A DNA stretch of 64,000 nt from NCBI RefSeq assembly GCF_006345805.1, contig NC_043004.1, positions 31,186,001 to 31,250,000 of the forward strand, in the 5' to 3' direction. The DNA comes from Octopus sinensis. Lineage: Eukaryota. The notes below the pieces were generated by a model. It did no database searches, had not been told where the DNA came from, and saw nothing but the letters and a program-made list of their open reading frames with translations. Positions 52,801 through 64,000 of this stretch are shown here, one piece after another (position 1 is the stretch's first letter; every line of letters starts with the position of its first letter). Position numbers and translations under genes: made by a program.

Positions 52801-55800
52801 AAATTCCTGATAAAACAGTTTCACTTTTAACTAATTTTCAAAAATAAATCCGTATACACCACCACCGTTCTCAATTTACCAAGTAGATTAACAAGAATAT
52901 AGTTCTCAACTATCATCATTTAACATCTACATTTTCATACTTGCATGGGTCAGATGGAATTTGAGGTAGAATTTTCTATAACAGATTTTTCCTATCACCA
53001 ATCCTCACCTGTTTCCAAGTAAAGTAATATTTCCCCTTAACCAGACATTCACAGAATATTGGAAACAAATGATTGTTTGTATAACAGTGACACTCATTTA
53101 CAAATATCAATTGATGTCAAGACATAGAGATACAAACATACAAACACACATATATATGATATCATAATCATCATTTAATGTCCATTTTCCATGCTGGCAT
53201 GGATTGAACAGTCTGACAGGATCCAGCAAGCTGCTGGGCTATGTCAACATCCAACAACAGCTTTGGCATACTGGATGCCCTTCCAAACACCAACCACTTT
53301 ACAGTGTGTATTGGATGCTTTTTTTCATACTACCAGCACTTGTGAGGTAGTCAGGTAACTTTGCAAGACAAGAACAGGAAAAAGGAGAATGTAATCTTGA
53401 CTCAGAGGGAGGAATATTGAGATGGGGAAGGTAGTTGTATGCCAGATGTTTAGAGGCTAAAGCCCAAATGTCTTGCTATAGAGGAGGCTACCTTGCATTA
53501 TATAGGGGTCGGAGTAATTGGAAAGAAGATAGAAATGGTATTAACTAGATGCCATACAGCAGGCTCTTTTCATCTCACAAGGCTTTGGTCAGCTCAGGGC
53601 TATAATAGAAGATATTTGCCCATGCAGCTAGAATGAACATAAAACCATATGGACCATTTGGTTGGGAAGTAAACTTCTTAATCATTTGGCCACATCTGCA
53701 TCAGCAAACTACATGAAACCCCACTCATATTTATCCAAATTCCAGTGATACTTGCCTCAACTTTCATCTTTACAAACATCAATCCTCAGCTTCATAACTG
53801 CTGACAATCAAGTGAAGTAAAGGTAATATCTTTGCATTAGAATACAATTTTTGAAACTATTGTTTCATCATTATCTGACCTGAAACTGTTACCATTCTTG
53901 GCACAATATCACAATATTTTACAGGTCAGTTTTTATATTCTAATAAATCAGTGACATTTTCTGTTCCTTTTTAAACTTCACAACTGTATGTACACAAGTG
54001 TATACCATCTTTTGTTATTTCTTTGTATTAGATATAGCAAGTAACAAATATCTACCGACATCTCTGTAATATATTTTGATAATTTCAAAACACAACTCTT
54101 TCAACCAGAACCAGATTTCAACCACTATCTACAACGCTATAACTGGTTGGCGGATTCACAAATTTGGCTACAATAATGATATTAAAGAAGATATGCTTTT
54201 TTCCATTTTAACTGAAAAATATTTAAATAACTAAAATGCTTGAAATTTTGTTTTCAATTTTAATGAGTATGTATGATGATATAAATTTTCAAATAATGAG
54301 ATGCTTACTTCATAAAAGGAAATTCAGAAAGAATAATCTCATAAATTTTGTCTAATGGCTTATAAACAAACTAAACAAAAATTGACAAACTACATTCACA
54401 GAAACTAGGACACTTAACTAAATATTCTTGCTTTCATAAAAAATAATTTCTCTTTATTTCATCTGACTAATGTAAAAAGCTGAAAATTTAATATATCTCT
54501 TTTACAAATATTTGTTTAAAGTTTAAAAAGAAAAGAAGTGACACTTCTGTCTCATCAGAGTTGCACAAGCTGTAAATTATCCATTGAACTTCCTAAACCA
54601 GCTTCTGGGTAGGATAACACCTTAAAGGTAAGTATAAGATATAGCAAGTAAGGAATATTTATATCTTTAATATATTTTGGTAGTTTCAATACACAATCAA
54701 CAACAATAACATTGGTTGGATTATCCACATATTTGGCTAAAATAATGTAATTATTTTAGCCCAAATGCCTAATTTTGCAACTTACTAATGCATAACTAGC
54801 ATTTTTCTCACTAAATGTATACCTTACACTTAATCGTAAAGAATTATCCTCCAAACATGAGATTTATTACCCAATAAGTCACCACATGTTCATCAAAACA
54901 CATTAATCATTTAGAGTTAATTGCGCTATCATTTACCTTTAAACTATTTCATAGTAACAAAATAAATTCATTTTGTTACATTTAATGTTAGTTTATGGAA
55001 AAATGTTATAAAATGATAATAATTATCCAGAAAATAAATTATGTGGATACATTCCACAAGTACTGAGAAAAATGATTTGAGTTATTTCCACTTCAGTCAT
55101 TAAAATGAGCGAGAAAAATTCTATTTTTCCAAGCACATTCACTAAATACGTTTACAATTAGCTTACTATTTAATGCAAAATGATCCAAGAAATAATTCTT
55201 ATACAACAACAAAGAGAACAATCTCTCACAAACAAAAAATTGTTCACTTAGATTGTTAAAAGTATCAATATTTCACCCCCTTAGTTGCTACCTATTCACA
55301 TATAGTTATCCTTATCATCAAGATTTTACACATACAACAGTGTAGAAATCTCTGGAGTTTTCCATACAAAACAGGAATCAGATTCTGCAAGAATTCTTTC
55401 AATAGCATCCTTGAAATACTGTTATACTGCAAATGGTGTATACTTACCAATAATACAAAAAATAATCTTATAAATATATATATATATATATATATTTATA
55501 AACACACACACTTAGATACATTTGTACAACAGCGTTTTGTTATACCAGTTTTCAGATTCTCAACAGCGCAAAATGTTACAGCAAAGGGGTACCCATGAGT
55601 CATGACCTAGGTGCAGCCTGTCCCTCTTGCAACAGTTTAAGGAGTTACAGGACAAAGCACATACACACATGGAGTATTATTGTATGTGATATCTTTTTAT
55701 AAATCTGAGTAAAAATAAAATGCAATAAGTACATCTGAAAAACCACCAGAATGTATAGAAAATACCCTAAACTTAACTCATTATGATAAATTAAAAATTG

Positions 55801-56979
55801 GTACTACTTTTTTTCTCCATATAAAGATTTTTGTTATTGCTAAAATTACAACCCTAGAAACCCCTGGTTATTATGCAGTTGTTTGGCCTAAAATAAATTA
55901 TGCCTCTGTGGTGTGTTTTATGAACTATGCCAATTTCTAAAGTAAACCCATTTGTAACATTTACATAAAGTTAATTTATGCTTTATAAGCTTTCAAGTGA
56001 GCTGACAAAAACAGCCTTAATATCAAATCTTAACAATATAGTCTTCATTATTGTTATATCAAAACAATTACAAAACTTTACCTTTTTATAACATCTTTTA
56101 CAGCTCAATATTTCTCTGCAGTTCATCCAGTTATCTCACAAGATGAAGTACTTTTCTTTTAGCCAAATTCCAAATAAATATATCACCCATCACACTAGCA
56201 ATATTCTACTTGTATTCTTCCAAAATTACATGTTAAATATATGCCATTTAAAGTGGAGTTGTATCTTTAATGATGTATCAAAGATTATGCACACCACAGA
56301 TGCTGATAGAAAATTCTACTAAGACAAGTGTCAATTTGAAATTCAACGTTTCTTTAAAAATACTTCATAATATTTTAATTTGAATTATTAACACAAGCTG
56401 TTAGTTGCAATTCTTCTCATGTTTTATAACTTGTAACCACTGTTGCTTGTCGAAAATAATCTAAATTAACAGTAACATTTTATATATATATACATCAACA
56501 TTTCTTAATGTTTCAGCATGAGGTGCCTGGTAAGAGTTTGCTCCCCCTTGTTGTTCATTTGTGGACTTGTATAATTAATTATATTGCTGTAATTATATAT
56601 ATATATAAAATATAATAAGGGAAAATGTAAAATAAGATAATTACTTTCAAGAAACTTATAAACCAGATGATATTTTTAAATACTTGTAATGATTTATTAA
56701 TAACCATATCAAACCCATCTAATGAAATATGTAATTATTTTAATGTGATGTGTATTAAAGATACTGAAGTTCTTACCACTACCCATGAAGGGAAAAAAAT
56801 TATAGTATGACTACTTTAAACCTAATGTAAATAATTTGCATGTGTATTTGTTTGAAATACAGCATATCTTAAAATTAACTTACTCTGAAAGTTGATTTTG
56901 AAATCCTTACAGGGAGATATAACCCTTGGAATATCTAAGGAAAATTCCATTTATTCTACTGTGTATAAGTGTGTGTGTA

Positions 56980-56989
<10 letters not shown>

Positions 56990-57057
<68 letters not shown>

Positions 57058-57067
57058 ATATATATAT
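56990..57067. repeat. (TA)n microsatellite (one of many long TA runs, e.g. 6980, 8440, 12835, 30900, 44192, 45020, 49795)
   Basis: Directly visible. Confidence 0.95.
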
Positions 57068-57787
57068 AGTGAAATAAATGGAATCCCTTTTGTGTAAATG
57101 TTGACGTCCTTAATTCCAAAACTGAAAAGTTACAACTCTAAATACACATTGTAAGTAGAATCAGCAAATTATTAGGTATGGAATGTGTCAGATATATGGA
57201 ACATATTCCATTATCAGCCCAGGCATTTCCAAAAAGCATCAACATTGCTAATAATCTTATTTACGTCATGTTCAACCCGTTTCTAATAAGATGTTTAATC
57301 CTAATTTTACTTATTAACTAAGAGCTAACTAAACTAGGTTAATTTGGAGATATTAGGATATTTTCGGGCACATTAAAATCCTGAAAAGTCAGGCATTTAT
57401 CAAGGATTTTTAAAAGTCTGATCACTACATTTGTTAGATTTTTTTTTAAAAGATTATCAATAAAATAAAGCTACAACTTCATGTGAATTGTGAAGGGAAG
57501 GCGATTATGGTTTAATATATGGAGTGTCATTAAACAAATCGTTTCACATGTTGGTTGGTTATTAATATGTTAGAGGTAAAAATTATTACAAATAATTAGG
57601 AATGATTTCTCTCCGAGAATGACTGATGCTTATTATTACTGCTTCTACAAAAATACCAACACATTCAAATGAATGAAAAACAAAACAAAACATGACTACA
57701 CCGTCCAGGTATAGTTAATTTGAACAAATAAAACAAATGTTTTGTAGATGATTTGTTGTTTTTAGACGGAGAACATGTCCAACCTAC

Positions 57788-59319
57788 CTGTCTTCCTTCC
57801 CTTCTTTTGCCGGGGTTCCCATTTCACTGACTGCTGTTGTGAGGGGTGTTAGAGAGAGTGCAGTCATATGAAAGTTAGCATCAAAAAGTTTGTCACACTC
57901 AAAGGTGTCATTCAGTTGAATGTTTTCTGGACGTATGTTAACATGATCTCCTTTAACATCATGACCAAGCACCGAAACAGGCTTCTCTTGTTTACTGTCC
58001 TGAGGTTGATGGCTTAAAACAGGAGTGACCGCACCAGGTGGTGGCATGTGACTGTTTACTGAAACAGTACCTTGTTGGTGACCTGCAGATGTCTGTGACA
58101 CAACAGGAACCGAATGGAGTTGAGCACTTTGCACATTCATCGATTTACTACTCACGGTAGGTATACTAGCAGACCCATGCACATCAGTGTTTGAAACATT
58201 GGAAACATGAATGATAGGAGTCCCACCCTGGGCAGTGTTGGCCCTCGTAACAGGCGACGGAAGGACTTTCGGTATTGAGGGAGCCGTCAAATTACTAGAC
58301 TCTCTTATAGTAGAACCAGACTGCGACCCTGGGATAGCTTGAGCATTTGAGGTCACAACGGTCTGATTAACTAAGTTCACAGATGAATTCACAGGTGCTT
58401 TGCTAGTGCTTGAAGAATTTTGGTGTCCCTGACTCACATGCGTTTGAGACTGTAATGTATTGGAAGTAGTTAAACTGATTGAATTCGTGTGCATAGCACC
58501 TGGGATCTTAGCTCCGGATACACTAGCAGCATCAGTTTGAACGGAAGTTTGTTGAAAAGCAACTTGGGTTTGAGACTGGCTAGATTGGGAAGGTGTCTGA
58601 ATAGGTTTAAAAGTCTCATTATTAGACTGTGCGTGAATTCCAGACTGATGAACCGGGAAAGATACATTAGCAACAGCATCGACAGAAGTTACGACAGGGG
58701 GGAGAAACGGATTTTTCGATGGATCATCGACACCAAAAATATAATTAACAGAGCTACAAGCACTCGAGTTACCTGATGTAGCATCATCCATGAATTTAAT
58801 TTCATTCCTTTCTGCATTGGCCGGAGTATCCAAAAAGTCATAACATACCCACCGTCCTCTGCGAAATGGTTCCTTGGTTTCTATTTTAACCACCTTGAAT
58901 CTCGAGTGTATGTCAGTTTTCTCCTTCACAACTATTTCGTCGGGTGTCAGATTATGTGTAGTATCCTCAGATGGTGTATCTTGGTCCCCATCAGTATTCT
59001 TGGAACTGTCAAAGATTTCCGAACTAAAATCTTCCGTATGGCTTTCATCAAGATCATCCAGACTATCTCCATCGTCATTCAAAGGATCATTCCCACTACG
59101 TGGTGCATTTTTTGTGACGCCTAAGATTCTAAATGTAGTCCGTTTTTTGGGAATATCTCCACAAGTTTTAACCATGACCGATGCTGGTCTCGGTTCAAAA
59201 TCGTTGCTAGTGATTTCAGCCTTCATCGGCTGGTTGCCAGACTGGCTATCCACTTTCACGGCCATTTTGTGTGCACTGGGCAACTCTGCCATTTTGAAAG
59301 AACTTGTCTGTCTAAGCAT
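57788..59319 (-). CDS. TSC22D1: TSC22-domain family (bunched/TSC22D long isoform) large N-terminal coding exon; the TSC-box/leucine-zipper exons are probably left of the window
   Basis: 511-codon ORF with motif 1 (KKRTTFRILGV), the acidic DDLDESHTEDFSSEIFD segment and motif 2 (SRFKVVKIETKEPFRRGRWVCYDF), all typical of long TSC22D/BunA isoforms, followed by an S/T/Q/P-rich linker. It ends KEDR at a phase-2 donor CAG|GTAGGT (exon end 57788). The second ATG (59292, AAAATGG) has the better Kozak context. The symbol denotes the family; invertebrates usually have a single orthologue. Confidence 0.93.
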
Positions 59320-59329
59320 AAAACTTAGG

Positions 59330-61300
59330 CCTGTTTAGATAGAAAAACATCTCTATGAGAGGCATCATAGTGTTCGATAGTTTCCTTGGAACAAAATAAT
59401 TAATCTGGAATAATTATAGACTATGTAGAGACCAAATGGAAACTTTTACACGTAAAACAAGCAACAGCATAAGTTGATCATGTTCGCGTAGATGACGGGC
59501 ATCATGATTTAAGCATGATGGGAATAGTGACGTCTTAGCCGCACATTCGGAAATAGACGATGTGAGACAATTTTCACATTAGCCTCCTTTATGGAACACC
59601 CTAACTGTAGAAATTTAGAAATTTAACTCCTATATACATTTTTTAAAATTATAAATAAAATATATCTCAAGGTAAGAAGGAAAAAAAAACGAGTTTTCAA
59701 TATATGTTCAATATACAGGATATAGAAATATTTTTATCTACGTATATAGGAAACAGAACAGCATTTTACTTGAATTCTGTTTTGATCAGTACATTTTTTT
59801 TTTACGCATAAGCATTTTAATTATTTTTTCTAAAATAAATTTTCTGAAATTAATTATCATCACCTACGTAATTTAAATAAAATATTTATGAAATTATAAT
59901 TTATAAATAAATTCAACTCTTTCGGAAATTTCCCCCCGAAATTGATTTAATTTTTTTTTTTTTGTACTTAGTATATAAATTATATTTATTAGAAATATAT
60001 ATATATTTTTTTTACAAAATGTGATATATATGATGACTTTAGAATTTTTAATGCTTTAAATTCGTTAGACTTTTTAATTATTATTTTTCTATTTTTCTGT
60101 TCTTTTCCATAACCAACGTAAATATTCGTAAATTTATGTCATTTATTGCCTACCATAATAAGAGAAGAATTTACGTTTATGAATAGGAAACTACCAATAT
60201 TTGCTCTTCCCTGATGAACAACAAATACGTTTGCCAGCAACTATAGACTTTTTTTTTTTTTTTACTTCCGAAATATTTTCGATTGAAAATTTTATTTATT
60301 TTAATTCTCTCAGTGAGATTTAAATATATTACTGAAATCCCACCGACTCTCGGTTTAATCAATCGGAGATGTCCCGACTGGTAAAAGATTTTGACACAAC
60401 AATAACTAGGCCGTGTATGAGAGTAGTTCTTCCTTGCTTTACCTCTTCCCTCTTGTTTCTCACCCTCTCTTTGTATCTGTGTATCTCTCTCCCTCTCTGT
60501 CTCTCTCTCTATCTATCTATCTATCTCTTCCTCTTCCTCCACCTCGCTCTAAATACTTGATATTTGTTTTTATTCTCTCATTACTCAGAATTCCGCTCAT
60601 TGTGAGCAAAATATTTCAGAAACCATCCTATATATTTCGAAACTTACTCCCCCACCAACTTTCTTTCAGCTTAGTCAAACAAATGCATATACATACAACC
60701 ATATTTATATACATATATACACACACACATACACATACCTACAAAAATAAAACATATAGTAAATAAATTTACTTTCTAAATTTAAAACCAACCCTCTTCT
60801 GTATATAGTTTAGTAATAAATTTCATCATTATCATTATTATTATCATCATCATTATTATTATTATTATTATTATTTAATTCCGATGTCAGTAGTAATTAT
60901 AATTGTAGCAATCATATAGATATATTCATTTTCCTTATTTCATTTATTGTTATTATTTTTTTCCTGAATATTGAAATAGTTTTATCGCTATCACGGAAGT
61001 GTGACGAACCAGTGTTAAACGTTTGACGTTTCCTCGATGAAAGAAAAAGAGAGAGAAAGAGAGATGTCCATTTCGAGAGGGTGATTGGATTAAACCCTGC
61101 TGCTTCGATATAGATGGTTATTTGAAGTTGTTCCCTACTATTTCTACGATATGCTTTTGCAAAAAAAAAAAATTAAATTAAATAAAAACTATCAATAGCA
61201 ATTTACTTCTTTTTTTTTTAATGGAAAACAGAACTCGATGGATAACCTCCGGATGCTACCCTAACTTTTTTTATGTCAAGTAAAAGAAAATAATGATGAT
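59330..61300 (-). promoter_or_regulatory. Probable 5'UTR/promoter region of the long TSC22 isoform
   Basis: CpG-richer stretch upstream of the ATG. It contains an acceptor-like tttttctatctaaacAG at 59331, near-CRE TGACGTCT at 59528-59535 and ETS-type CGGAAGTG at 60994-61001. The TSS cannot be located from sequence. Confidence 0.4.
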
Positions 61301-61829
61301 GATAACGATTAATTAATATAACATAGGAATGTCAATCAATAAATGAAGATGTAATTAAACCTGTTTGTCTTCCTTTGTCATTTTGCCTAATAATAATAAT
61401 AATAATAATAATTTTGTACATCATGTTGAATAGATATTGTAAAATCTATGTAAGGCCTTTTGAAATTTTTGTTTTTTGTTTTTACTTTACAAACTTTGCA
61501 CTTTGTTACAAACCTTATCTTGTGTCTCATTATCATATGACGCTGTTATCTATGAATTTTAAAAATTAAATTTATAAATCTTTAATAGTTTTTCTTTTAT
61601 TACTTATTTTAGTTTTCTTCATTATTCCTTTTTTTATATATAAATCTGTTTTTAATTGCTAAGAAGATCAGTTTTATAGTAGTCAGGGTGGAACTAATTC
61701 AATTGCTTCTGCTGAGATTTACACCTACAAGAACGTTTTTATTTAGTAAAGTTTGGCACCAATTCTTGTTGGGAAGTAAGTGGTGCGGATCTATTAAACG
61801 GATTTTCGGTGTATTACTGGTATTTATTT

Positions 61830-62100
61830 TATCAGCCCTGCAAGATTTTGATTCAAGACACCTTCAAAAGACAAAACTAATTCGGTCCAGCCCTAACAAC
61901 GTCTCAGCGAGAAACCAGACTCCAGTTCCGGATGGAAAAAGTTGAGAACGTCCTTCTTCCAACTGACAAGGGAATTCCCCCTGCTGAAGACTTCCCACCT
62001 GGCTCAGAAATATCATGGATTCAATAGAAGACACTTAATTGCCTGAGAATGACAACAGACTGATCAAAGGTTGCTTTGGTCACATGGTGCTACAAAACTG
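61830..62100 (+). mobile_element. Very decayed LINE C-terminal fragment
   Basis: PVPDGKS*ERPSSN* resembles the P.GKR.RGRP...W terminus of RTE/L2 ORFs, with CGA/TGG changed to TGA. Confidence 0.35.
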
Positions 62101-62759
62101 GCGTAACCACCAGTGAATGTGGAGAAGCAGACTATACTATGGACTGGTGACTTGTCTGCTCTCAACAACCCAACCTTTGCAGCTCAAAGACTGCAGAGTT
62201 CAATAGAAATATAAAGAACTTTTTTCAAAAGATAAGAAACTGACATATAACCATTATGCTTCATAGAAAAACAAAGTGTAATAAATCCTATGCCATCAAT
62301 AATAATTAATTATCTAGCCAAGAGAAATTTTATTTTCTTTATTTTGTTAATTAGAACTGATAAAGGTATTGAGCAGACAGAATCATTAACCAATTGGTGC
62401 TCTACTGCTTCACAAACCTACACATAAGAAAATATATTCAATTTTTAATATATGGTGAGACTTATGTTTGTAATGTAAGCATTTAATAGATTCTTTTAGA
62501 AATGGTAGAGACCAGACTAGAAACTTTACAGTATTTGTTTTTAAAGTCTGTCTTGGAACTGAAACAAATCAGGCTTTTGTTTGTCCCCAATCTTAGTTCT
62601 AAGTTCAAATCTCACTGTAATCAACTAAGCTCATTCTTCTGGATCTGATAACAATAAGTATAATAGCTAATACACTGGGTGAATCATATGCCATCAATAA
62701 TAATTATCTAGCCAAAAGAAATTTTATTTTCTTTGTTTTATTAATTAGAACTGATAAAG

Positions 62760-63690
62760 GTAGTGGGACTGGCATCATTAGCCCATTGGACAAAATACTT
62801 AGCATTTCTTGAGACCCTTTACATCTTAATTTCCACCAAGATCAACTTTGCCTTTCATCCTTTCAAGGTTGATAAAAAGTTCCAGTTGAGTACTGGGGTC
62901 AACATAATTGACTAATTCCCTCCCACTAAAATAGCCAGCCTTATGCCAAATTTTCAAACAAAGGCAGGGTGAGCTGGCAGGATTGTTAGAACATTGGACT
63001 TCTGACTCATTATGTTCTGAGTTCAAATTCAACTTTGCCTTTCATCCTTTCAGGATCAATAAAATGAGTACTGGAGTTGATATAATTAAATAGCTCCCTC
63101 CCTAAAATTCCAGGCCTTGTACCTGTTGTAGAAAGAATTATTATTGTTGTTGTTGTTGTTAGTATTGGCAAGCTCACAGAATCATTAATGCCAAACAAAA
63201 TGCTTAGCAGCATTTCTTTCAGCTCTTTATATTTTGAGTTTAAATTCTGCCAAGATCAATTGTGTCCATCCTTCAAAGGTCTATAAAAGTAACAGTCAAA
63301 TATAGGGATCAATGTAATTAACTAGCCTCTACTTTCTAAAATTGCCGGCCATTAAACTAGAGCAGATGGATCAATAAGTGAATGGTGTGTTAGAACATCA
63401 GACAAAATGTTTTGTATTTAGTTTTGTCTTTCTGTGTTCTTAGATCAGAACCTTGTGTTGATGGCAAACTAGTGTTAAACTGAGTGTAGTGACGCTTCAC
63501 TACAATGTCCAACAAAATGCCTTGTTCCTGTTATCTGTTCTAAGTTCAACTCCCACTGAAGCCAACCTTGCGTTTCATCTTTTCAGGATCAATAACATAC
63601 AGCACCAGCCCATGGCAATGGATTGCAGAATCCTTAGCATGTCAGATAAATGCTTTGCAGTATTTGTTCTGAGTTCTTGGGTGACTGACT
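62760..63690 (+). mobile_element. Head-to-tail cluster of about 5-6 degenerate family B SINE copies
   Basis: The core 'gttctgagttcaaattc...actttgcctttcatccttt...atcaataaa' recurs at ~62830, 63015, 63230 and 63540, with partial copies between. Confidence 0.75.
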
Positions 63691-64000
63691 TAATCCATCT
63701 CTCAGTTTAACACCACAACTTAGTCTATGGGGGCCAATGCTTTTGTAGAGCTCTCTATGTTACAAGCCTTAGGATCAGGTTTCTAGTTTCTCACCACTCT
63801 AGGAAACCTTGAAAAAGGAAAGAAAAAAATCACAAAGTGCTGTAGGACCTACCATTCCCTCTTTGAATAAATGGTAAAATAACAATAGAAAAATAAATAC
63901 TGCTGATATACTGATGAATTTAGTCAATGATACTTCTTCCCTTGCACTTGACAAAATAAAATCATCTGCAGTTTGAGACTATAGTATAGTGGTGAAGGTG

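Noticed and set aside
56081-56125. ATG...AAG|GTAAAG mini-exon (MNCREILSCKRCYKK)
   Set aside because: The donor is phase 0, incompatible with the phase-2 exons of the gene.
1-57787. TSC-box/leucine-zipper exons (AIDNKIEQAMDLVK...)
   Set aside because: No such coding sequence was seen on the minus strand by eye or in the ORF track. They are presumably left of the window.
58470-59338. Short ORFs overlapping the TSC22 exon in other frames or antisense
   Set aside because: Shadow ORFs of a real coding exon.
61688-61945. 85-aa plus-strand ORF as a neighbouring gene
   Set aside because: Better explained as a decayed LINE C-terminus, and no consistent exon structure was seen.
62760-63690. CRISPR-like repeat array
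   Set aside because: Eukaryotic context. The repeats are long, degenerate SINE copies without unique fixed-length spacers or cas genes.

Overview
AT-rich, microsatellite- and SINE-laden animal genomic DNA. The SINE and LINE-tail families look like those of Octopus (recognised from memory, not searched). The only secure host gene is a minus-strand TSC22-domain/bunched gene. Its 1.5-kb long-isoform coding exon (57788-59319, with conserved motifs 1 and 2) ends in a phase-2 donor. The TSC-box/leucine-zipper exons were not found, so positions 1-57787 are probably intronic. That intron holds candidate phase-2 alternative exons: a convincing 97-codon first exon at 8.7-9.0 kb, a 30-nt symmetric microexon at 19.4 kb, and a CRE-associated short first exon at 28.5 kb. 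It also holds decayed Tc1, mariner, RTE-LINE, Helitron-like and piggyBac/pogo/hAT-like MITE insertions and three tRNA-derived SINE families. The most unexpected signal is a set of type I hammerhead-ribozyme-like motifs with minimal, often palindromic stem III, mostly inside inverted-repeat elements. One has a fully canonical core on the pre-mRNA sense strand (38127-38212). Two have compensatory swaps of the 3:8 core pair (G3:C8 and A3:U8). Several more are degenerate. No tRNA, rRNA or CRISPR features were seen. All structures were derived by eye and none is experimentally or computationally confirmed.
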